Shown here: positions 9,240 to 18,329 of the stretch, piece after piece
Numbering within the stretch: the stretch's first letter is position 1
Layout: the number at the start of each line of letters is the position of its first letter
Assembly (NCBI RefSeq): GCF_018336915.1
Contig: NZ_CP064923.1
Location: 5,580,001 to 5,612,000 of the forward strand
Source of the DNA: Acaryochloris marina S15
GTDB taxonomy: Bacteria > Cyanobacteriota > Cyanobacteriia > Thermosynechococcales > Thermosynechococcaceae
DNA: 32,000 nucleotides
Reading direction: 5' to 3'
Notes under the pieces: generated by a model
What the model saw: only the letters and a program-made list of their open reading frames with translations
Database searches by the model: none
What the model was told of the DNA's origin: nothing
Translations under genes and position numbers: made by a program

Positions 9240-9827
9240 CTAGCTGTAGCGTTCTTCAGCCCAAGGCTCTCCGCGTCGGTGGTACCCGTTTTCTTCCCAA
9301 AATCCGAGCTGTTCGTGATCTAGAAACTCTAAACCGTTCAGCCACTTGCCACTCTTCCAGGCATAAAGGTGGGGAACAACCAATCGTAGCGGCCCACCAT
9401 GATCAACGGGGAGCGTCTTTCCATCTAAGGTGTGGGCAAAGAAGGTTTGCTCCTGCAAAAAATCGTCGAGGGTTAGATTTGTGGTGTAGCCCCCATAACA
9501 ATGCTGCATAACATGGGTAACGCCTGGCTGCAGCTCTATCCGCTGCATAAAATCAGATACAGAAAAACCAGCCCAGCTTACATTTAGCTTGGACCAGTGA
9601 GTCACACAATGAAAATCAGCGGTGAAGGTGGATTGAGGTAAGGCTAAGATATCGGACCAGACAAAGGTTTGTTCTTTAACAAGGCCCCAAACCTTAAACT
9701 GCCAATCTTCGAGGGTAATTTGCGGTGTTTCACCATAGGTCAGAACTGGAAACCGATTGGCTAAATGCTGACCTGGGGGAACGCGTTGCTTTTCGCTAGT
9801 GTTGGGTTTGCGAAAATATTTACCCAC
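9240..9827 (-). CDS. Sulfite oxidase-like molybdopterin-binding oxidoreductase (small single-domain type)
   Basis: 195 aa with a GTG start. FHCVTHWSK carries the putative Mo-ligand Cys, and GGPLRLVVP is typical of the SO-family catalytic domain. Confidence 0.8.
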   Translation of the reverse strand: MGKYFRKPNTSEKQRVPPGQHLANRFPVLTYGETPQITLEDWQFKVWGLVKEQTFVWSDILALPQSTFTADFHCVTHWSKLNVSWAGFSVSDFMQRIELQPGVTHVMQHCYGGYTTNLTLDDFLQEQTFFAHTLDGKTLPVDHGGPLRLVVPHLYAWKSGKWLNGLEFLDHEQLGFWEENGYHRRGEPWAEERYS

Positions 9828-9832
9828 GCTCC

Positions 9833-10012
9833 TTACTCATCTTCGTCTTCGTCATCATCCTTAGTGGGATATTCAAAGCCTTTAGCTCGGCCTGTGAGAA
9901 CAGATTTACCCGTAGACAGGGCTCTTTGAGCAGCTAAATTTGCTTTGCGGTTCCAATGGGCTCGACGAGAATCGCGCTTAGAATTGGATGTCTTTTTCTT
10001 GGGGACAGCCAT
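9833..10012 (-). CDS. rpmF: 50S ribosomal protein L32
   Basis: Hand translation gives [59 protein letters not shown] (59 aa). [10 protein letters not shown]...RRAHW is the L32 signature. It is absent from the ORF track, probably for length. Confidence 0.9.
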   Translation of the reverse strand: MAVPKKKTSNSKRDSRRAHWNRKANLAAQRALSTGKSVLTGRAKGFEYPTKDDDEDEDE

Positions 10013-10136
10013 GGGTATCGATTAGGTATAAAAATACAGCTTTGCCATCTTAGCACTGAACTCTTGAGTAAGAGCCAACCATGCTAGGAGACACAGGATA
10101 GAGATCGTCTCAAATAATCTCCAGAGTCAAATTTAG

Positions 10137-10346
10137 CGACTAGATGCCGAGAGTGGATATATGGTTGCTGAAGACCTTCGCCATTTAATTGGAATCCAGC
10201 TATTCCTCCCCGATCATTCAGTGACGGTCAGCATTGGTGTAGCCACCCTTCACCCAAAAGAAGATTGGATGACCTGGATGCAACGAAGCGATGATTATCT
10301 CTACCGTGCCAAATCAGCAGGGCGCAATCAAGTGATGTGCATGTGA
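10137..10346 (+). pseudogene. 3' remnant of a GGDEF (diguanylate cyclase) domain gene
   Basis: The frame opens after a TAG at 10134 and encodes ..VAEDLRHLIG...VTVSIGVATL...SDDYLYRAKSAGRNQV. That is only the last ~60 residues of a GGDEF domain. The GG(D/E)EF motif and everything upstream are missing. Confidence 0.6.
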
Positions 10347-10372
10347 TCTCTCTTTCCAGGTATAACCAAAAT

Positions 10373-10927
10373 ATGAAACTGCTACGTCATCATCTAACCC
10401 GCATCAGTCTGGTTCTGGGACTGATTTTTGCCCTAGCTGTGGCTGCCCCTGCAGCCTTTGCCATGGGGGGTGACCCACCTCCTCTGGATCAACCTGCACC
10501 AACTTTCACATTACCCAGCAATACAGGGGATGGTGAGGTGTCGTTGTCAGACTATCGAGGTCAATGGGTCGTTTTATACTTCTACCCCCAAGACTTTACG
10601 CCGGGATGCACGGTCGAAGCCCAGCGTTTCCAGCAGGACCTACCCAAATATATAGAGCGCAACACGCAGGTCATTGGCGTTAGCGTTGATTCTGTAGACA
10701 GCCACGCTGAATTTTGTGATTCTGAAGGATTAAAATTTCCGTTATTAGCCGATGAAGATGGCAGTGTGAGTAAAGCCTATGGCTCCTGGATGAGCTACTT
10801 TTCCCTGCGGCACACGTATTTGATTGACCCGGAAGGGATCCTACGGCAACAGTACGTTAAGGTACGTCCCATCATTCATAGCGAAGAAGTGTTAGCTCGC
10901 TTAGACGAACTACAGGCTGCTAGCTAA
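10373..10927 (+). CDS. Peroxiredoxin, PrxQ/BCP type, with an N-terminal signal or anchor
   Basis: I prefer the ATG at 10373 (MKLLRHHLTRISLVLGLIFALAVAAPAAFA). The active site reads FYPQDFTPGCTVEA. The tracked start at 10337 overlaps the GGDEF remnant. Confidence 0.9.
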   Translation: MKLLRHHLTRISLVLGLIFALAVAAPAAFAMGGDPPPLDQPAPTFTLPSNTGDGEVSLSDYRGQWVVLYFYPQDFTPGCTVEAQRFQQDLPKYIERNTQVIGVSVDSVDSHAEFCDSEGLKFPLLADEDGSVSKAYGSWMSYFSLRHTYLIDPEGILRQQYVKVRPIIHSEEVLARLDELQAAS

Positions 10928-10952
10928 CACAAACCCCAGATAAGCAAAAAAA

Positions 10953-10972
10953 ATGCCCCCGAAAGGGGGCAT
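10953..10972. terminator. Rho-independent terminator, bidirectional (strongest for petH on the minus strand)
   Basis: ATGCCCCC-GAAA-GGGGGCAT is a perfect 8-bp GC-rich stem. It is preceded by an A8 run (a U-tract on the minus strand) and followed by GTTTGTTG. It sits between the convergent prx and petH genes. Confidence 0.7.
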
Positions 10973-11114
10973 GTTTGTTGGAATGCACGTATTGGGTTGA
11001 TGACGACCCAACGCGCTAATGAGGTTTAAAGGGTTTGCTTATCTCTGAAATAAAGATATCAACCAAAAGTGAAGATATCGCGAATGCCAAAGAAATAATT
11101 AATAGCCCTTCAAT

Positions 11115-12017
<903 letters not shown>

Positions 12018-12284
12018 TTAGGTTAGCGAATCTACACTTTAACGAGAAGTGCAAGATACATTTAGACTCCAATTACCCTAGGGGTATTCTTTGGATCCCA
12101 TTGTCGCCATAAGTACAATTTCCAAGAGTCTTTAGATTTGTCAGGCAGTTGTTACAAGAATTTGAGCCGTTCTGTCTGAATTTTCAATGATGCTTATCTA
12201 TCGGTTCAGACTTTGAAGGTGATCACCATGGTTATTTCTGGCTATTGGGTGAGCCATCATATAATCTAATTAGAGCCCTATTTG

Positions 12285-13592
12285 TCATTCTCTATATTGA
12301 GGTCTTGCCCAAGATAAAACTAATTTCTTAGGAAGAATAATCATATGGGGTGAGAAGCTTTTTTTGGATTTTTTATCTTCAATATAAAAGTGTCTTCTAA
12401 CAATAAAGTCTTCGCCAAGATTTAGAAGTATATCAATATCATTGGCTTTATAAACATTAGATGCATTTGAGCAATTTCCTTCTACCTCCATATCCATAGC
12501 TTCGAGAATCAAACAACCCTCTTTATTGACTACAATTGAAGCTCTCTGAATATTGCCCCATCCAAATCTATTCATGACTATTTTAGGGAGTTCTGCAAAT
12601 GAAGAGAAGAAAATGCTAATAAAGAAGAAAACAGAAAATCCTATAATAAACGCTTCAGTATACTTAACAATATTTTTCTTATCAAAACAAACAAAGGTTA
12701 TTATTTTATTGCTGACAATCGCTACAAAATAAAAAAATATAAATATAGATATTAATTGATATTCGCTTTTGTTATAAAAAAATTGAATTTTTTCTTTTCC
12801 TACAATAACTATATAAACAACAGGCATAATTATCAGTATAAATGATGGGTATATGCTCGTCAAAATCAATCTCAAAGGATTGATTTTTAAGATTAATATT
12901 TTCACTAAATACTTAAAATGACTTTTTTTACTTGTTTTTCTAAAATCAACATCATGATTTATCTTTGAATTATTTTCACTTGAATACTTTCTATGATTTT
13001 TATCAGGATATAAAATACCTTTATTTTTTGCGAGCGTTAAAGCTATTCGAGAATTTTTAATGACATTATAAGGAATATATAAAGCTATGCAGAGCATTAA
13101 AATTGCAATAGATAAATACATCAAATTATATGCATTAATTACAAATTCATTGAATGATATGCTCGTTAAATAAGATACTGAAAACAATAAAAGCATTGCT
13201 GAAGTATTTAATCTAATAAATCCCTTTGGGCGTCTATCTCCTTCAGACAATAAAGACTTTGGGTACTTATTATTAAGAACTGTAGATAACCATAAAAGGC
13301 CAGGACTAACAAATACTATAGCAACCATGATTATTATAATCATGCTTACTATTGCTGCTGTAAATAGAAGTGATACTGAAGACTCCCAGCTTAAATTAGG
13401 CATATAGTTGATACTAAAAAAATAGATTACAAAAATAAATCCTCCTAACATCAATAAAAGGCCATAAGAAATCCCAAATAGCTTTAGCAGATCTCCTGGA
13501 TTGAAGGATAAAAAATTAGAAAGATTATAGATTAATTCTTCAATAGCATTTGAATTTTTGTCATGGCTATTTTCTGGCTCTTGTGAATTCAT
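12285..13592 (-). CDS. Orphan polytopic membrane protein encoded in an AT-rich island (no family recognised)
   Basis: A 435-aa uninterrupted ORF in very AT-rich DNA, where stops are frequent by chance. It has about 7 hydrophobic helices, a Lys-rich central loop and a ~100-aa C-terminal soluble region. Codon usage is unlike all neighbours. Confidence 0.6.
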   Translation of the reverse strand: MNSQEPENSHDKNSNAIEELIYNLSNFLSFNPGDLLKLFGISYGLLLMLGGFIFVIYFFSINYMPNLSWESSVSLLFTAAIVSMIIIIMVAIVFVSPGLLWLSTVLNNKYPKSLLSEGDRRPKGFIRLNTSAMLLLFSVSYLTSISFNEFVINAYNLMYLSIAILMLCIALYIPYNVIKNSRIALTLAKNKGILYPDKNHRKYSSENNSKINHDVDFRKTSKKSHFKYLVKILILKINPLRLILTSIYPSFILIIMPVVYIVIVGKEKIQFFYNKSEYQLISIFIFFYFVAIVSNKIITFVCFDKKNIVKYTEAFIIGFSVFFFISIFFSSFAELPKIVMNRFGWGNIQRASIVVNKEGCLILEAMDMEVEGNCSNASNVYKANDIDILLNLGEDFIVRRHFYIEDKKSKKSFSPHMIILPKKLVLSWARPQYRE

Positions 13593-13694
13593 AGCAATAA
13601 ATTTTTTTCTATAAAACTATCTTTAGTCAGGAACCATTACTACAAATTATTGATAAATTTTGTGATTATAGATGTATAGAGGATGCCACCTCTC

Positions 13695-13868
13695 TTAAGA
13701 TATAAAAATCCAGACAATCAAATAAATATAGCTACCAACCAATATTTCAATATGACCATTGACGCATAATATTTTCTTTTGAATGTAGCCAGCAAAATTT
13801 AATAATGTCCAGCCTAAAATACTTAAACACAAATAGCTAATTTTATATCCCAAATATGTGAGTATCAA
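13695..13868 (-). CDS. Candidate 57-codon hydrophobic small ORF (TTG start), speculative
   Basis: Hand translation gives LILTYLGYKISYLCLSILGWTLLNFAGYIQKKILCVNGHIEILVGSYIYLIVWIFIS*. It has two hydrophobic segments, lies between the tyrA stop and the 435-aa gene, and is in frame with the tyrA stop codon. No ATG and no clear RBS. Confidence 0.15.
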   Translation of the reverse strand: MILTYLGYKISYLCLSILGWTLLNFAGYIQKKILCVNGHIEILVGSYIYLIVWIFIS

Positions 13869-13877
13869 TAAAAATTT

Positions 13878-14714
13878 TCATAAGAATTTCGGTCTTTCTT
13901 CTTGCATTTGATTAAGCAAACTTTCTAAGGTTAGCCAGTCTGATTTTTCAATAATAATTGTTAGCTGTTCGAGACTTTGGCGGTATTGCTGGAGAGATCG
14001 CAACAATTCTTCCCGGTTATATTGGGCCATCATGCAGCCGAGTTCGGGGTTGCCTCCTCCCACACGGCTCGTATCGCGAAAACCAGAGCTGGCGAAAGAC
14101 TGGGCTAATTGCAGAATCTCTGGATCGGCTTCACTCACACAAGCAGAAATCAAAGCCGCACTCGTCATTTTAGGCAGATGGGAAATCCAAGCCACCGCGC
14201 GATCATGCACCGTGGGAGAGCATTCATAAAGGTTGCAATCTAGCTTGTTCACCAGATCTTTCAGCGTCTGAATTACATCAGCTGGCGTCTCAGCCGTCGG
14301 GGTAAGAATGTAAGGATTGCCTGCAAACAGCTGGGACTGGGCTGCATGAATTCCGGTTTCTTCACTGCCTGCCATGGGATGACCACCAATAAAGCGAGGC
14401 CATAAGGGGGTTAAGCACTTCACCACCGACCCTTTGACAGAGCCCACATCCGTGAGAATGGCGTCTGGAGACAGATGGGGAATCAAACGAGTTGCGATCC
14501 CATCAATTACACTCACCGGGGTGCAAATAAACACCACATCCACAGGGGCAAGGGAGGCGAGGTCGGCACTGGCTGCATCGACTGCCCCGAGCTTGACTGC
14601 ATCTTCACAGGTTTGGGGTTGGCGGCTGACGCCCAAAACGGGATATCCCAAGGCCCGGAAATCATAGGCTAAAGACCCACCAATTAAGCCGAGGCCAACG
14701 ATACCAATTTTCAT
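13878..14714 (-). CDS. tyrA: Arogenate/prephenate dehydrogenase
   Basis: 278 aa. It has an N-terminal Rossmann MKIGIVGLGLIGGSLA and the GGHPMAG motif. Size matches the monofunctional cyanobacterial TyrA. Confidence 0.9.
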   Translation of the reverse strand: MKIGIVGLGLIGGSLAYDFRALGYPVLGVSRQPQTCEDAVKLGAVDAASADLASLAPVDVVFICTPVSVIDGIATRLIPHLSPDAILTDVGSVKGSVVKCLTPLWPRFIGGHPMAGSEETGIHAAQSQLFAGNPYILTPTAETPADVIQTLKDLVNKLDCNLYECSPTVHDRAVAWISHLPKMTSAALISACVSEADPEILQLAQSFASSGFRDTSRVGGGNPELGCMMAQYNREELLRSLQQYRQSLEQLTIIIEKSDWLTLESLLNQMQEERPKFL

Positions 14715-14998
14715 CCTGCCAAACTCATAAATTCTATACGGGGAATCAGAGGATCTTGGACCATGCCAATGCCCTGATATTGCCAGCGGTCCAGAATGCC
14801 ACGAATTTGACTCTTACCGATGGACTCGACGCTAAACTTAGACGCCGCCGCTTGGGCATGGGTATTGAGGTAGCTGAGGGCATCATAATTTTCCGCAAAC
14901 AGCAGCAGGTAGCGCTGGGGTGCCTCGGGGTCGGGCTGGGCTGCTAGATAATTGCCATCGGCCCGAGAACGGAGCGTGTAGTAGAGAACGGTGTTCAT
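14711..14998 (-). CDS. Conserved hypothetical protein (95 aa)
   Basis: Host-like codon composition. Its stop overlaps the tyrA start (ATGA at 14711-14714), and it starts 4 nt after the permease stop. I do not recognise the family with confidence. Confidence 0.55.
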   Translation of the reverse strand: MNTVLYYTLRSRADGNYLAAQPDPEAPQRYLLLFAENYDALSYLNTHAQAAASKFSVESIGKSQIRGILDRWQYQGIGMVQDPLIPRIEFMSLAG

Positions 14999-15002
14999 AG
15001 GC

Positions 15003-16880
15003 CTAGTTGAGGTTACTGAGCTTAATGCGTGGATCGACGACGGCTAAGAGAATATCCGCCAGTAAATTGCCCACAATCAACATCACCGCTCCCATCATCA
15101 AACCCGCCATTACCAGATACAGGTCTTGGGCCTGCACGGCTTTCAGCAAGAGCTGCCCTAACCCCGGCCAGTTAAAGAAGAATTCAGCGATAAAGGCACC
15201 CCCCAAAAGACTCGAAAATTCAAACCCTAACAGGGTAATCAGAGGATTAACGGCATTGCGGAGGGCATGGGTATAGAGCACCTTATTTTCCGGTAAGCCC
15301 TTAGCGCGGGCAGTTTGAATATAGTTTTGGCGCAGGACATCCAGCATATTGCCCCGAGTAATCCGCTGTAAGCCCGCAAATCCAGTGACGCTGAGGGCCA
15401 AAGTGGGGAGAATCATATGCCAGCCCACATCCAAAATTTTACCCAACCCGTTGAGATCCGCATGATCGATGCTGGTCATATCCCCCACGGGAAATAGGGG
15501 CGTACTCTGGGCCAGAAACAGCAGCAGTAAGGCGGTAATAAAGCTGGGAAAGCCCTGACCGATATAGCTGAAGATACGGAGAATGCGATCGCTCCACTGA
15601 TTCTGATTAACGGCTCCAATAATGCCCAAGGGAATGGCAATGCTCCAGTTAATCACCAGGGAGGCAAGGGCCAAAAGCAGGGTATTGGGAATGCGCTCCC
15701 AAATTAACGCCGTGACGGGACGCTGATAGCTAAAGCTTTCGCCAAAATCCCCTTGATAAATCTGTCCCCAGTGGCCTTTCCAAATTTGGGAGAAGTCAAA
15801 GGTAAAAATATTTTTCAGCCAGAGACCATACTGCTTGAGTAAGACCCGATCCTTCTGCCACACCTGCACGGATTGATCGGCATTGATCAGGACTAATCGT
15901 TCTCCGTTATCCGCAAACTGTAAACCTTTAAGAGGCCCTTGCTTGCCCTCCAAACTGCCCAAAGGCTGGTTATCTTTTTGGGACCAGAGGCGCACGGTTT
16001 TGCCGGCGTTGGTGACGAAGGTGGTCCGATCAGGGCTAAAAGCGGATGCAGTGATGGATTGGGAGCTCAGTTTATTTAAATCTTGAGTGTTCAGAGATTT
16101 GCCGTCTAAATTCCATTGTTGCCAGGTCTGATGATTAACGATGGTATTGAGTACCGGACCCTCTGGATTTTGATTAAATTGTAGGGCCGTAATGGCCCCT
16201 TTATGGGTCAGGGTTTGCTGGAGAGTGCCATTAGTTTTCCACAGGCGCGCCGTTTTATCCCCACTGCCGCTCGCCAAAAGACTACCGTCTGGACTATAGG
16301 CTAGCAATGAAATTGAGCCTTCATGACCAGTTAGGGTCTGGAGTGAATCCCCTTCAGTTTTCCACAGGCGAACCGTTTTATCCCCACTCCCGGAGGCGAA
16401 GGTTTTCCCATCACTGCTGAAGGCTAAACTCGTCACCGCACCTTTATGACCCTTCAGGGTATTCACCAGGGTGCCATCGGTTTTCCAGAGCTTAATCGTT
16501 TGGTCAGCACTGCCGGAAGCAATCAGCTCGCCATCAGCACTGAAAGCTAGAGCGGTAATCGAACCTTGATGTCCCTGGAGCGTTTTGAGGGCAGTTCCCT
16601 GGTCATCCCAAAGGGTAACGGTATTCGCACCCCCTGTAAGAATCTGGCTACCATCGGGCTTGATGGCGACGGCCGTAATATCCTTGGTAGAAAATGTGGT
16701 TACGGAACTGCGATCGCCCCAGGTATTGCCTAACCCAAATTCTTGGCGCAGTTCTTCTAGGCGCTCTTGGGACATTTGGGGATTATTTTTGAACTGATCG
16801 AGGTAGTCGCCAGGGGCTAGATCGACAATATAAAAGGTCAATAGCGATGCCAAAAGCAGGGTGATCAGACCTTGAAACAC
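15003..16880 (-). CDS. ABC transporter permease (DppB/OppB type) with a seven-blade WD40 propeller inserted after TM1
   Basis: The N-terminus LITLLLASLLTFYIVDLAPGDY..LRQEFGLG and the C-terminal half (GDFGESF.YQRPV, TARAKGL.E..V...HALRNA, 5 more TMs) are DppB-like. Residues ~55-345 are WD40 repeats (GH..SITALAFSADG..ASGSADQTIKLW and similar). The GTG start leaves DppB-like residues (GYTIKR) upstream with no ATG, GTG or TTG. Confidence 0.85.
   Translation of the reverse strand: MFQGLITLLLASLLTFYIVDLAPGDYLDQFKNNPQMSQERLEELRQEFGLGNTWGDRSSVTTFSTKDITAVAIKPDGSQILTGGANTVTLWDDQGTALKTLQGHQGSITALAFSADGELIASGSADQTIKLWKTDGTLVNTLKGHKGAVTSLAFSSDGKTFASGSGDKTVRLWKTEGDSLQTLTGHEGSISLLAYSPDGSLLASGSGDKTARLWKTNGTLQQTLTHKGAITALQFNQNPEGPVLNTIVNHQTWQQWNLDGKSLNTQDLNKLSSQSITASAFSPDRTTFVTNAGKTVRLWSQKDNQPLGSLEGKQGPLKGLQFADNGERLVLINADQSVQVWQKDRVLLKQYGLWLKNIFTFDFSQIWKGHWGQIYQGDFGESFSYQRPVTALIWERIPNTLLLALASLVINWSIAIPLGIIGAVNQNQWSDRILRIFSYIGQGFPSFITALLLLFLAQSTPLFPVGDMTSIDHADLNGLGKILDVGWHMILPTLALSVTGFAGLQRITRGNMLDVLRQNYIQTARAKGLPENKVLYTHALRNAVNPLITLLGFEFSSLLGGAFIAEFFFNWPGLGQLLLKAVQAQDLYLVMAGLMMGAVMLIVGNLLADILLAVVDPRIKLSNLN
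16206..16574 (-). repeat. Three near-identical 123-bp (41-codon) WD40 units inside the permease gene
   Basis: GH dipeptides at residues 103, 144 and 185. The units GHQGSITALAFSADGELIASGSADQTIKLWKTDGTL, GHKGAVTSLAFSSDGKTFASGSGDKTVRLWKTEGDS and GHEGSISLLAYSPDGSLLASGSGDKTARLWKTNGTL are highly similar. Confidence 0.7.
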
Positions 16881-16918
16881 CCGCTTGATGGTGTACCCGA
16901 GGAGTTCGCTACCGATAA

Positions 16919-17431
16919 TTAGTACTCCACTAAAACATTGATCAGACAGTCAGGGAGCTTTTGTCGCCCTGCCAAGCCCGTCAGCTCGATAATAAACCCA
17001 AATCCGACGAGGGTGCAGTTCAGGGGCTCCAGGAGTTGAGCTGTCGCTGCAGCCGTGCCTCCGGTTGCCAACAGATCATCCACCACTAATACTCGGCTAC
17101 CTGGGGGACAGGCATCTTGGTGAATTTCGAGGCGATCGGTGCCGTACTCCAACTCATATTCCTGGGCATGGATGGCCGCAGGGAGTTTTCCGGGCTTGCG
17201 CACAGGCACAAAGCCAGCCCCCAACTGATAGGCCAAGGGCGCACCGAAAATAAAGCCTCGGGACTCAATCCCCACCACATAATCAATGGATTGATCCTTA
17301 AAATCCTCCGTCAGCCGATCGATGACGTAACGAAGGCCCTCGGGATTTTGCAATAAGGTCGTAATGTCCCGAAACAAAATGCCAGGCTTGGGAAAATCGG
17401 GAATATCGCGAATCAGTGATTTGAGATCCAT
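16919..17431 (-). CDS. apt: Adenine phosphoribosyltransferase
   Basis: I prefer the ATG at 17431 ([27 protein letters not shown]). The PRPP-binding loop is [14 protein letters not shown]. The tracked start at 17452 is a TTG. Confidence 0.93.
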   Translation of the reverse strand: MDLKSLIRDIPDFPKPGILFRDITTLLQNPEGLRYVIDRLTEDFKDQSIDYVVGIESRGFIFGAPLAYQLGAGFVPVRKPGKLPAAIHAQEYELEYGTDRLEIHQDACPPGSRVLVVDDLLATGGTAAATAQLLEPLNCTLVGFGFIIELTGLAGRQKLPDCLINVLVEY

Positions 17432-17718
17432 AGGGGTTGTGATTTTGCGCAAGGTGAACAGGGGGGACGACCTTTTATCCTGATTAAAGGACAGGGGACG
17501 GTACGTCAGAAATCGTACACTAATGTGGTTGACAATCTGGATGGCTCCCGCTTATTCCCCCAATACCCTGGCAAATTAGGCTGGGTTGGGTGTGAACTTT
17601 TCGAGAAACGCATCGTCGAGGGGCTTTTTCGGGCAGTCTAGATCTGGATGCCAATGCTAAGGTTTCTTCAGCCGTTGATTAAAAATCTCTTCCGTATTCT
17701 TGTCGTAATGGAATCGTA

Positions 17719-18324
17719 ATGCAAGCCGATAGCCCCACTGAACAATTCACTTCCCCTATTCTGAAGACTTTGCCAGACCCAGATGTCCCTGCCCAGGTCT
17801 GTCCGCGACGCACCCGGATTCAGCTCGATTTTGTATTGCTGGCCATCGAAGCATTGGACTTATATGCCTCGGAATTGATGTTGATGAGCTTGGAAGAACT
17901 TCAACTCCAAGATGTGATCGAAAATCGGGTGGACTTTTGGCAGTCTCGAAATACCAATCCCTTGCGGCGATCTCATCAGCGAGACTCCCTCAGCTTAGAT
18001 AAGGCCAAAGCCTTAGTAGCCGTGGGGTGTCACATCGCTCGTCGGCAAACCGCCCAGGTGCGGCAGCTCCTCAATGTACAGCGACAGCTGGCAGCCAAAC
18101 AGCTCACTCCTGACCACAGCGTACCCTTAGCCAATTATTTAGAACGATTTCGCCGTCATTTTCGCAGTCGCATGAACCCTAATCGTACGGCTATTGCGGC
18201 TTACAAAGAAAATGAGCGATTGGATGAGCTAGCCCTGAGCCTGCTGGAACAGGTGCTGTTTTGTACCGGGACAGCCGGAATGGAACGATTTTGGTCTAGT
18301 CTGTTTGATGGAGAAGTGGCTTAA
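17719..18324 (+). CDS. Cyanobacterial conserved hypothetical protein (DUF3038-like)
   Basis: 201 aa with an ATG start, host-like composition, and tightly followed (5 nt) by the next gene. The family name is recalled, not verified. Confidence 0.5.
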   Translation: MQADSPTEQFTSPILKTLPDPDVPAQVCPRRTRIQLDFVLLAIEALDLYASELMLMSLEELQLQDVIENRVDFWQSRNTNPLRRSHQRDSLSLDKAKALVAVGCHIARRQTAQVRQLLNVQRQLAAKQLTPDHSVPLANYLERFRRHFRSRMNPNRTAIAAYKENERLDELALSLLEQVLFCTGTAGMERFWSSLFDGEVA

Positions 18325-18329
18325 CCCCA

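Noticed and set aside
10985-11100. Extra hairpin TTGGGT-N8-ACCCAA and the duplicated AAGATATC motifs downstream of petH, considered as regulatory elements
   Set aside because: The stems are short and lack U-tracts. The strong terminator at 10953-10972 already explains termination, and nothing marks these as functional.
16881-16945. Possible upstream extension of the WD40-permease ORF (in-frame [16 protein letters not shown] resembles DppB N-termini) overlapping the apt 3' end
   Set aside because: There is no ATG, GTG or TTG in that frame between the upstream TGA and the GTG at 16880. An ATT, ATC or CTG start is possible but unsupported, so I kept 16880.
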